A stretch of DNA of 64,000 bases from Acidimicrobiaceae bacterium (GTDB lineage Bacteria > Actinomycetota > Acidimicrobiia > Acidimicrobiales > Aldehydirespiratoraceae), in contig JAPOQG010000204.1 of NCBI GenBank assembly GCA_026710865.1, forward strand, positions 9,318-73,317, read 5' to 3'. Of the stretch, positions 26,709 through 34,423 are shown one piece after another. The notes below the pieces were generated by a model, which was not told the origin of the DNA, made no database searches, and saw only the letters and a list, made by a program, of their open reading frames with translations. Position 1 is the stretch's first letter. Each line of letters starts with the position of its first letter. Made by a program: the position numbers and the translations under genes.

Positions 26709-28297
26709 AGCGCCGGCTCTCGATGGGTCCCGAACGCGTTGCGGAAGACATCCGACAACTCGCCGAGAGTGGCCCCACGGCGTGCCGCCTCGATCAGGGG
26801 CTCCATCACGTTCTGGCCGGACGCCGCCGCACGCGACAACGACGCCAGAGCGTCCGATACGTCGTCACGCGCCGCGAGGTGCCGGTCCAGCCGGGCCAGT
26901 TGGCGGTCACGGCTCAGCTCGTCGAGCTCGAAGAGCCGCAGTTCCGTGGCGTCCGCCTCCTCAACGTGGGCATTGAGACCGACCTTCACTGAGGTCAGGT
27001 TGGCGACGGCCATCTCGGAGCGGTATGCGCTCTCTGCGATCCAGCGCTGGGGCACGCCTGCCTCGATGGCCGCGACCGCGCCCCCCAGCGAATCGATAAC
27101 GCCGATGAGCTCGGTCGCTCTCGCTTCGAGTTCGTCGGTCAGGGCCTCTACGAAGTACGACCCTGCCAACGGGTCCACCGTGTCGGTCACGCCGGTCTCG
27201 TGGGCGATGATCTGCTGGGTCCGCAGCGCCAGCGTGACCGCCTCGGCGCTCGGGATGGCCATGGCCTCGTCGTAGCCCATCACGTGGATCGACTGGGCGC
27301 CTCCGAGGACCGCCCCCATGCACTGGACCGTGGACCTCACGACATTGTTGAGCGGCTGCTGGGCGGTGAGCGTCGCCCCCGAGCAGCCCGAGAAGAAGCG
27401 GAGCCGCATCGCCTCGGGGTCGGTCGCCCCGAACCGGTCGCGGGCGATCCCCGCCCAGAGGCGGCGGGCGGCGCGCAGTTTCGCAACCTCCTCGAACAGT
27501 TCGAGGGTCGTCGCGAAATGGAACGAGAACCGCGGCGCGAACGCGTCGAACGAGAGCCCCCGATCGATCAGCAGCTCGGCATAGGCGATCGCGTCGCTCA
27601 TCGTGAATGCGAGCTCCTGGACGGCATCGCACCCGGCCTCCCGGGCGTGGTAGCCCGTGATCGAGATCGGGTTGAAACGCGGGACCTCTCTGGTGCAGTA
27701 CTCCACGATGTCGCCCACCAGTCGCATCGACGGCTCCGGCGGGTAGATGAAGGTCTTGCGGGCCAGGAACTCCTTGAGGATGTCGTTCTGCAACGTGCCG
27801 GCCAGCCGCGACCTGTCGGCGCCCTGCCGCTCGGCCGCGACGAGATAGAAGGCGAGGATGATGGGAGCGGTCGCATTGATGGTGAAGTTCACCGACAGAT
27901 CGTCGAGGGGGAGTCCGTCGAACAACTCCGCCATGTCGTCGGCGGTATCGATCGCAACACCGACCCGTCCGACCTCGGCCTTCGCGGCGGGAGCGGTCGA
28001 GTCGAGCCCTAGCTGGGTCGGAAGGTCGAATGCCACCGAGAGCGCCGTCTGGCCCTGCTCGAGGAGGTAGCGGAAGCGTTGGTTCGTGTCCTCCGCCGAC
28101 CCGTATCCGGCGAACTGGCGCATGGTCCAGAAGCGCTCGCGGTACATCTCCGGGTAGGGCCCGCGAGTGAAGGGCGGCTGTCCCGGAGCACCGATCCGTT
28201 CACTCAGGGCAGCCGGATCGCCGAGATCGTCCGCGGTGTAGAGCCGAGCGACCGGGATGCCCGAACCGGTTGTCGGGTTCTGGGCGGTCTCGCTCAT
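26702..28297 (-). CDS. methylmalonyl-CoA-mutase-family acyl-CoA mutase, catalytic (large) subunit
   Basis: ATG at 28297. 531 aa. PPFTRGPYPEMYRERFWTMRQFAGYGSAEDTNQRFRYLLEQGQTALSVAFDLPTQ is diagnostic. Confidence 0.9.
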   Translation of the reverse strand: MSETAQNPTTGSGIPVARLYTADDLGDPAALSERIGAPGQPPFTRGPYPEMYRERFWTMRQFAGYGSAEDTNQRFRYLLEQGQTALSVAFDLPTQLGLDSTAPAAKAEVGRVGVAIDTADDMAELFDGLPLDDLSVNFTINATAPIILAFYLVAAERQGADRSRLAGTLQNDILKEFLARKTFIYPPEPSMRLVGDIVEYCTREVPRFNPISITGYHAREAGCDAVQELAFTMSDAIAYAELLIDRGLSFDAFAPRFSFHFATTLELFEEVAKLRAARRLWAGIARDRFGATDPEAMRLRFFSGCSGATLTAQQPLNNVVRSTVQCMGAVLGGAQSIHVMGYDEAMAIPSAEAVTLALRTQQIIAHETGVTDTVDPLAGSYFVEALTDELEARATELIGVIDSLGGAVAAIEAGVPQRWIAESAYRSEMAVANLTSVKVGLNAHVEEADATELRLFELDELSRDRQLARLDRHLAARDDVSDALASLSRAAASGQNVMEPLIEAARRGATLGELSDVFRNAFGTHREPALW

Positions 28298-28707
28298 CGC
28301 TGCGCCTGCCGTCCGTCGGCCAGGGCGGTGACGCGCCTCACGACGTCGGCGATGGCCGTGCCCGCTGGAAAGACGTCGTCGACGCCGATCTCGAGGAGGC
28401 GCTCGACGTCGCGGGGCGGCACGATCCCGCCCACGACCACGGGCACGTGTTCGAGGCCGGAGCGGGAGCGTTCCGCGATCAGGTCGGAGGCGATCGACAG
28501 ATGGGCCCCAGAGAGGATCGAGGCCCCGATCACGTCGGCGTCCTCGTCGGTGGCCACCGCCATTATCTGAGCCGGGGTGGATTGCAGGCCGAGGTAGATG
28601 ACCTCGCAGCCGGCGTCGCGCAGTGCGAACGCCACGACCTTCGCTCCACGGTCGTGGCCGTCGAGACCCGGCTTCGCGATGACGATGCGCCGCCGGCCTG
28701 TAGTCAC
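28294..28707 (-). CDS. cobalamin-binding small subunit of the acyl-CoA mutase
   Basis: 137 aa. RIVIAKPGLDGHDRGAKVVA.ALRDAG.EVIY.G is the B12-binding DxHxxG-type motif. An ATGA overlap links it to the large subunit. Confidence 0.9.
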   Translation of the reverse strand: MTTGRRRIVIAKPGLDGHDRGAKVVAFALRDAGCEVIYLGLQSTPAQIMAVATDEDADVIGASILSGAHLSIASDLIAERSRSGLEHVPVVVGGIVPPRDVERLLEIGVDDVFPAGTAIADVVRRVTALADGRQAQR

Positions 28708-29897
28708 TCGTGCGCTGCCAGGGCCAGTGCTGCAAAGACTGCGTACACCTGTGTCGCCTCTTCGATGTCGGCCACCGGGAGGTTCTCGTCGGCACAGTAC
28801 ACGGGCTCACCGCCGGGGCCGAAGATGACGGTGGGTATGTCTTCGCCGAAGCTGGCGGTGTCACCGAGCCAACCGGCTGCCATCAGCTCGGGTTCCCGGC
28901 CGCGAACCTGGCGGACGGCCTCGACCATGGTCTGCACGACGGCCGAGTCCGGATCGGCGACATACGGCGCCTTGACGTCCACCAACTCGACCTCGGCGCG
29001 GAAGCGTCCGTCGCGGTGCTTGGCCTTCTCGAGGCAGCGGTCGATCTCGGCCCTGACGGTATCGACCGACACGCCGGGCTGGGGCCGGCAGTCGACTCGG
29101 ATCACGCACTCGTCGGGAATCATCGACGGGCCTCCCGGAGGGAGTCCGCCGTAGACCCGGCCGGGAGCCATCATGGTCTCGGTGCCGAAGAGCGCTTCGA
29201 CCTCGGGGTTCAGTGCGGGCTCGAGCCTCGACGCATCCAGCTCGAGAATCGCCTGTGCGGCCAGCGTGTTGGCGTTGACGGCCTGGCGCTTGTGGCACGT
29301 GTGCGCAGACCGGCCCTGTGTGGTGATGTCGAAGTAGTAGCGGCCGCGGTGGCCGAGGAAGATCTCGTTGTCCGACAGTTCACCCAGCACGCACAGATCG
29401 GCACGATGGCGTTCGAAGTACCGGATGCTCCCCGTCTGGTCCCCCATGTGGTCGCTGACCGCTGCCATCGCCAGGGTTCCCCTGAGCGGCAGGCCGCAGT
29501 CGCGGACGGCCTCGATGGCGGTGATCTGGCATGCGAGGGCGGCCTTCATGTCCATGATTCCGTGGCCGTAGATGCGCCCGTCGATGAGATCGCCGGAGAA
29601 GGGCTCGGCGACCGTCCAGCCGATCGAGACCGGCTTGGTGTCCATGTGGCCGGTCATGACGACGCGGGGACCGTCACCGAAGGAGACCTCGCCGATGGCG
29701 TTGGGGCGTTCCGGGAGCACCGGTTGCAGCTCGACGTTGGAGAAGCCGCGGTCGCTCATCGACGCGGCCAGGAAGTCGGCGAGGTCCCCCTCAGCGCCGA
29801 GGATGCTGGGGATGCGGCAGACCTGCCGCGTCAGGTCGACCGCTCGTTGAGTGTCGACGGCCGCAAGAACACGCGCCGCAACCTCTGATGGCTCCAT
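28704..29897 (-). CDS. M20 family metallopeptidase (ArgE/DapE/acylase-like)
   Basis: 397 aa. RPN.IG......GP.VV..GHMDT.P, later HRGRYYF and GEP..CADEN. A 4-bp overlap with the downstream gene. Confidence 0.8.
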   Translation of the reverse strand: MEPSEVAARVLAAVDTQRAVDLTRQVCRIPSILGAEGDLADFLAASMSDRGFSNVELQPVLPERPNAIGEVSFGDGPRVVMTGHMDTKPVSIGWTVAEPFSGDLIDGRIYGHGIMDMKAALACQITAIEAVRDCGLPLRGTLAMAAVSDHMGDQTGSIRYFERHRADLCVLGELSDNEIFLGHRGRYYFDITTQGRSAHTCHKRQAVNANTLAAQAILELDASRLEPALNPEVEALFGTETMMAPGRVYGGLPPGGPSMIPDECVIRVDCRPQPGVSVDTVRAEIDRCLEKAKHRDGRFRAEVELVDVKAPYVADPDSAVVQTMVEAVRQVRGREPELMAAGWLGDTASFGEDIPTVIFGPGGEPVYCADENLPVADIEEATQVYAVFAALALAAHE

Positions 29898-29952
29898 CGA
29901 AGCCTCGTCTCAACAGTGTTGTTGTCCTGCCGGAACTCTGGCACACGAGATC

Positions 29953-31092
29953 TTAGGAGTTGGCGTCAGGGCGCTTGGCATCGGCCTCGGCCTCACTCGG
30001 ATCTGGGCGCTTGGCATCGGCCTCGGCCTCACTCGGATCTGTGGGCGGGCACATGATTCTTGTGGCCGGAACCGGCACAGAGTCGAGCGTGAGCGTCGCG
30101 TCGCGCATGACGCAGTCGAGATGCGCTCGCGCCGCGACGGTTCCTCCGTAGGCGATCGAATTGCCGAGAGCTATGTGGGCGGTCCCCAGCGACGACTCGG
30201 TCTCCATCGCGACCTCGCAGACATGACCGGCGGGGTTGAGCCCTAGGGAGACCTCGGCGAAGTTGGTCATCAGCTCGTCCCCGCAGCGCTCGAGCATGCC
30301 GGTGAGGCGGCGGATCTCGGGTCCGGCAGCGTCGACGAGGCGCCCCTCGTCGAACGTGAGCACCACCGGGTCGGCCAGCGGGCCCACCCCCATGAACAGC
30401 AGATCAGCGTCGATGACAGCGACACCGTGGGTGGTGCCCTCCACCGGCGCGGTGCCCGCCTCGATGTCGGGAGGCGCCATGTAGGACCCGGCCGTCCGGC
30501 AGATCCCGTGAAGCACACGGCCAGGCCGTCCCGATACCGAGCCTCGGAGATCGGTGCCGGCCGCGCTGGTGAGTCGAAACTCCGACGCCTGAGTCCACAG
30601 TTCGCCGATCTGGTCGGCCCGCGCCCGGAGTTCGTCGAAATCGACCGACAGGGGACCGTCGGTCCGCAGCGTGTCCAACGTGATCCCCGGCATGGCCAGG
30701 TAGCGGACGCCCACCGCGTTGGCGTCGCGGCGGGCCTGGTTCGAGCCGATGAAGATCGATGTCAACTCGATCACGGCATCGCTCTGTGCCATCGTTCTGG
30801 CCACATCGGGGGAGACTTCCGCTCCCGGAATGTCGAGCGGGGCCATCTCCAGTGTCGAGACGACCGCCGACCGCGCCTGCGCCCCGGCGCGCAACAGTTC
30901 CGCGACCCGGCGGTCGCTGCCGGAGTCGGTCATCAGCACCACGCGCTCACCCGGTCGGACGCCCAGGCAGCGGTCGAGCACGTTGGCCACCGCGGCGGGT
31001 ACGTCCATACGCTGCCTCCTTGGTAGCGGCGCAGCGGCACGACCATCAAACGGCACCGACGATGCCGCCGCTCCCGTCCGTGTCGCGCTCAC
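29953..31092 (-). CDS. aminopeptidase-T-like (M29/COG2309-type) protein; the start is uncertain
   Basis: 379 aa from 31092. An alternative ATG at 31008 gives MDVPAAVANVLDRCLGVRPGERVVL, the typical family N-terminus. The C-terminus carries a 12-aa tandem duplication. Confidence 0.6.
   Translation of the reverse strand: MSATRTGAAASSVPFDGRAAAPLPRRQRMDVPAAVANVLDRCLGVRPGERVVLMTDSGSDRRVAELLRAGAQARSAVVSTLEMAPLDIPGAEVSPDVARTMAQSDAVIELTSIFIGSNQARRDANAVGVRYLAMPGITLDTLRTDGPLSVDFDELRARADQIGELWTQASEFRLTSAAGTDLRGSVSGRPGRVLHGICRTAGSYMAPPDIEAGTAPVEGTTHGVAVIDADLLFMGVGPLADPVVLTFDEGRLVDAAGPEIRRLTGMLERCGDELMTNFAEVSLGLNPAGHVCEVAMETESSLGTAHIALGNSIAYGGTVAARAHLDCVMRDATLTLDSVPVPATRIMCPPTDPSEAEADAKRPDPSEAEADAKRPDANS
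29969..30040. repeat. perfect 2 x 36-bp in-frame tandem duplication at the 3' end of the aminopeptidase-like gene
   Basis: GGGCGCTTGGCATCGGCCTCGGCCTCACTCGGATCT occurs at 29969-30004 and again at 30005-30040. It encodes DPSEAEADAKRP twice. Confidence 0.95.
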
Positions 31093-31325
31093 CTGCGGTC
31101 AGCATCGCGTGCCGCGAGGATCTCCTCCGTAGTGACGGCTGCGTCTGACGATTCCTTGCGCTGTCGAACCTCTCGCATCAACATCTCGACCGAGGGGAAG
31201 GACACGAGGCGCTCCAGTTCCCCTCGGAGGTACTCCTGCATGGATTGGCGCTTCGCCGCGGCTCGGGCCGCCAACTCGTCGCGGACCTCTTCGGGGACGT
31301 TCCTGATGGTGATCTGGACCGGCAT
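31089..31325 (-). CDS. ribbon-helix-helix antitoxin-like protein (FitA/VapB-type), no cognate toxin adjacent
   Basis: 78 aa. MPVQITIRNVPEEVRDELAARAAAKRQSMQEYLRGELERL is a typical FitA-like RHH antitoxin N-terminus. The stop overlaps the long-form start of the aminopeptidase-like gene. Confidence 0.7.
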   Translation of the reverse strand: MPVQITIRNVPEEVRDELAARAAAKRQSMQEYLRGELERLVSFPSVEMLMREVRQRKESSDAAVTTEEILAARDADRR

Positions 31326-31331
31326 GACAGC

Positions 31332-31360
31332 ATTATGACTGCGTTGCCGGCGATTTACAA
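31332..31360 (-). promoter_or_regulatory. candidate promoter giving a leaderless transcript of the RHH gene
   Basis: On the minus strand: TTGTAA (31360-31355), 17-nt spacer, CATAAT (31337-31332), 6 nt, ATG (31325). It lies in an AT-rich spacer with no RBS. Confidence 0.4.
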
Positions 31361-31379
31361 GCAGCTATTTCCTTTACTA

Positions 31380-32423
31380 TCAGGTGACCACGGTCAGCTC
31401 GGTGGCCTTGACCGAGGCCCAGATGGTGAGCCCCGGACACAGCCCGAGTTCGTCGGCGGAGCGGCGGGTGACGTCGGCCCTCACTTCGGCCGGCGCGCCG
31501 AGATGCACCCGAGCCCTCTCCCCGTCGACATCGACCCGCTGGAGCTCGGCCTGCCAGGTGTTGCGGGCGCTGCCTGCAGGCCGGTCGCGATGCAGGGTCA
31601 CGGCGTGGGCCGGGAAGGTCACGTAGACGGGCCCGGCTGCCTCGGTGGCCACGGTGAGAACCAGACCGGTCTCGGCGGTGACGGCTGTGCCCTGGGCCTG
31701 ACCCGGCACCACGTTCGCGCCCAGGAACGTGGCTGCCCACTCGCAGCCCGGCGAAGCGGTCACCTCCGCGAGCGAGCCTCGGCCGGCCACCGCGCCACCG
31801 TCGAGCACGACCAGTTGGCGGGCCAGCGTGGCCACATCGACGGGATCATGGGTGATCAGCAGGGTGTGGCGGGCCGGCGACTCGCCGATGAGAGCCCGCA
31901 GCTGGGCCCGGCCCGAGGAGTCCACCGAGGCCAGCGGCTCGTCCACGATCAGCACGCCGGGCTCGGGGGCCAGGGCCCGGGCGATGGCCACTCGCTGGCG
32001 CTGGCCGCCTGAGAGCGCCGCCGGGCGCCTGGACCAGGTCTCAGAGTCAAGACCGACGCGGTCGAGCATCTCACGGGCCCGTCGCCGGGCCGCAGCCCGG
32101 TCCGCGCCGGCCCGGCGAAGTCCGAAGGCCACGTTGTCGATCACCCTGAGGTGGCCGAAGAGCCGGTGGTCCTGGAACACCATGCCGACACTGCGCCGGT
32201 GGGCCGGCACGAACACTCGGGCGGCGGGGTCGTCGGCCACCGTGTCCCCGATGACCAGGCGGCCGCTGGCCAGACGGTCGAGCCCGGCCACGGTCCGTCC
32301 CAGCGTCGTCTTGCCCGAGCCGTTGGCTCCGACGACGGCCGTCACGCCCTCGCCGATCTCCAGCCCGTCAACCCGCAGCATCCAGCCGGACCGGGCCACG
32401 CACCCGTCGAGCAAGACCGTCAT
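31380..32423 (-). CDS. modC: molybdate ABC transporter ATP-binding protein with a C-terminal TOBE domain
   Basis: ATG at 32423 (MTVLLDG..). Walker A GANGSGKTT, signature LSGGQRQRVAIARAL, Walker B LIVDEP, and a TOBE-like tail. Follows modA and modB. Confidence 0.85.
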   Translation of the reverse strand: MTVLLDGCVARSGWMLRVDGLEIGEGVTAVVGANGSGKTTLGRTVAGLDRLASGRLVIGDTVADDPAARVFVPAHRRSVGMVFQDHRLFGHLRVIDNVAFGLRRAGADRAAARRRAREMLDRVGLDSETWSRRPAALSGGQRQRVAIARALAPEPGVLIVDEPLASVDSSGRAQLRALIGESPARHTLLITHDPVDVATLARQLVVLDGGAVAGRGSLAEVTASPGCEWAATFLGANVVPGQAQGTAVTAETGLVLTVATEAAGPVYVTFPAHAVTLHRDRPAGSARNTWQAELQRVDVDGERARVHLGAPAEVRADVTRRSADELGLCPGLTIWASVKATELTVVT

Positions 32424-32590
32424 CGCGGCATCACCAGCAAGAATTGGCAGCAATATGCACGCATAGCGAGCACTGCGCTGCCAATTCGGATCGGTGCCCT
32501 GGCCGCAGGATGGAATTGGCAGCAATATGCACGCATAGCGTGCGAAACGCTGCCAGTTCCGGCTGGGGTGGACGGAGCGGCGACGGTCAT
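32420..32590 (-). other. 56-codon bridge ORF spanning the whole modB-modC spacer
   Basis: The ATG at 32590 overlaps the modB TGA (ATGA). Its own TGA (32422-32420) overlaps the modC ATG (ATGA). Peptide: MTVAAPSTPAGTGSVSHAMRAYCCQFHPAARAPIRIGSAVLAMRAYCCQFLLVMPR. GC3 is only moderate. Confidence 0.3.
32441..32560. repeat. two tandem 72-bp-period hairpin units in the modB-modC spacer
   Basis: Unit 1: an 11-bp perfect stem, GAATTGGCAGC (32441-32451) with GCTGCCAATTC (32477-32487). Unit 2: a 12-bp stem, 32512-32523 with 32549-32560, with one wobble. The loops share AATATGCACGCATAGCG. Confidence 0.9.
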
Positions 32591-33468
32591 CGCGGCATCC
32601 AGCGGTCGCGCAGGGTCACCAGCACCGCCAGGGCCACCGCCATCAGCACCAGGCTGATGGCCACCGCCGCCTCCGGGTTGCGCTCCAGGGCCAGGTAGGT
32701 CTCCAGCGGAAGGGTGCGGGTGCGGCCCGGGAAGTTCCCGGCGAAGGTGAGCGTGGCCCCGAACTCTCCGAGGGCTCGCGCCCACGACAGCGCGGCGCCG
32801 GCCGCCAGCGCGGGACGGATCGTGGGCAGCACGACATGCACGACGGTGGCCCAGGGTCCGGCGCCCAGCGTTGCGGCCGCCTCGTCGAGGTCGTCGCCGG
32901 CCTGGCGCAGGGCGGCCTCGACCGTCACGACGAAGAAGGGCAGGGCCACGAACGCGGCCGCAACCACGGCTCCGGCGGTGGTGAATGGGAGGCTGACGCC
33001 GAACCAGGTGTCGAGCCACTGGCCGACCAGGCCCCGCCGACCCAGCGCGAACAGCAGGGCGGTGCCGGCCACCACCGGCGGCAGCACCATGGGCAGCATC
33101 ACCACCGCTCGCGCCACCCGGGGGGACCGCAATCGGCGCCGGGCCAACACGAACGCCAGGGGAAGGCCCAACACGACACACGCCGCAGTGGCCGCCACGC
33201 TCACCACCAGCGACAACCGCAGCGCCTCCAGCACCTCGGACTCGCCCAGCAGCGTCGGCAGCGACGACCACGGCGTCCGCTGCAACAGCCCGACGATGGG
33301 CAGCGCCAAGAGGCCGAGGGCCACGAAACCCACGACGGTCAGCGCGGCGGGCAACTGGCTGGCGGACCGTGCCGGACCGGGCTCAGCGGCGTCGTCGGGC
33401 GGACTCGCGGCCGTCAGCGCCTGGATGTGCCGTGGACGTTGTCGTTGTCTCATGCTGGTACCGGCCAT
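32587..33468 (-). CDS. modB: molybdate ABC transporter permease
   Basis: 293 aa and polytopic, with an EAA-type loop (..LDEAAATLGAGPW..). Sits between modA and modC. The exact start is uncertain. Confidence 0.85.
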   Translation of the reverse strand: MAGTSMRQRQRPRHIQALTAASPPDDAAEPGPARSASQLPAALTVVGFVALGLLALPIVGLLQRTPWSSLPTLLGESEVLEALRLSLVVSVAATAACVVLGLPLAFVLARRRLRSPRVARAVVMLPMVLPPVVAGTALLFALGRRGLVGQWLDTWFGVSLPFTTAGAVVAAAFVALPFFVVTVEAALRQAGDDLDEAAATLGAGPWATVVHVVLPTIRPALAAGAALSWARALGEFGATLTFAGNFPGRTRTLPLETYLALERNPEAAVAISLVLMAVALAVLVTLRDRWMPR

Positions 33469-34259
33469 ACGGGCCGGCGGTCCGAGCCCAGGAAGCCGTA
33501 TGCATAGAGGGCCTTGGCGCCGACGCTGCCGAGCACCGTGAAGTCCTCGATCACCGCCTGTATGTGCGGCGGGGGTTCTGCCGACACCGACGCTATGTAG
33601 TAGCCGTTGACGTGGTCGCTCAACTCCGGGGCGTCGACGGTGGCGAGTCCCGCCATCCTCGCGTCGGTTGCGTACACAAGTCCGGCATCCAGCTCACCCA
33701 GCGACAGCTTGGTTGCCAGGGCGCGCACGTTGAGCTCCAGCGTGTCCGCGGAGGGCGCGATTCCCGCTTCGTCGAGCGCTTGGCGGGCCAGTGTCCCGCA
33801 CGGGACCTCTGCTGCGCACAGGCCGGTCAGGAGGTCTCCGCGGCCCAGGTCGGCCAGCCCGGTGACCCCGCCCGGATTGCCGGCAGGAGTTGCCAGCACG
33901 AGCACGTTGACCGCGATCAGCACCGGCTCTCCATGCACCGACCCTTCGGAAACGGCCTGCTCCATGGTGGCCGAATTGGCGGTGATCAGAACGTCGGCGC
34001 CGGCGCCGGCGGCGAGCTGGGCCACCAGCGTTGAGCTCCCCGCGATCACGGGGGTCACGCTGTCACGGCCCTCGAACACGGTCTCGATCACGTCAGTAAG
34101 CGACGAGGCGGCCATCACCACCACATCCCGGCCGGCACCATCGTCCGCGGTGTCGCCGCATCCCGACACGAGCATCGCCACCGCGGCCGACACGACCGCT
34201 GCCGCCCTCAGTCCGGTCGGCCCCCGGTGGCACCTTCCGGTGACGCTGACGGCCGTCAT
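33450..34259 (-). CDS. modA: molybdate ABC transporter substrate-binding lipoprotein
   Basis: ATG at 34259. Lipobox LVSGCGD, then VVVMAASSLTDV..E.VF is ModA-like. The ORF part upstream of 34259 merely reads through the intergenic repeat. Confidence 0.85.
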   Translation of the reverse strand: MTAVSVTGRCHRGPTGLRAAAVVSAAVAMLVSGCGDTADDGAGRDVVVMAASSLTDVIETVFEGRDSVTPVIAGSSTLVAQLAAGAGADVLITANSATMEQAVSEGSVHGEPVLIAVNVLVLATPAGNPGGVTGLADLGRGDLLTGLCAAEVPCGTLARQALDEAGIAPSADTLELNVRALATKLSLGELDAGLVYATDARMAGLATVDAPELSDHVNGYYIASVSAEPPPHIQAVIEDFTVLGSVGAKALYAYGFLGSDRRPVWPVPA

Positions 34260-34305
34260 AGGGACCGAATCTACCCAAGTCGTGATGCGGCGCTGCTTCC
34301 GTGTC

Positions 34306-34423
34306 TCCCGCTCTTGTTCGCTGCGCTCGCGGACCGCCCAAACCAAGGCAACACAGCCCACGGCATGGCTCGTTGGCTCCCAGATTCTAGGGAATCGTGC
34401 TCCATCCGCCCGGCCTCTAGGGT
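34306..34423 (+). repeat. interspersed intergenic repeat, copy b (long form)
   Basis: TCCCGCTCTTGTTCGCTGCGCTCGCGGACCGCCCAAACCAAGGCAACACAGCCCACGGC....CCCGGCCTCTAGGGTG. The first ~60 nt are nearly identical to copy d. Confidence 0.85.
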
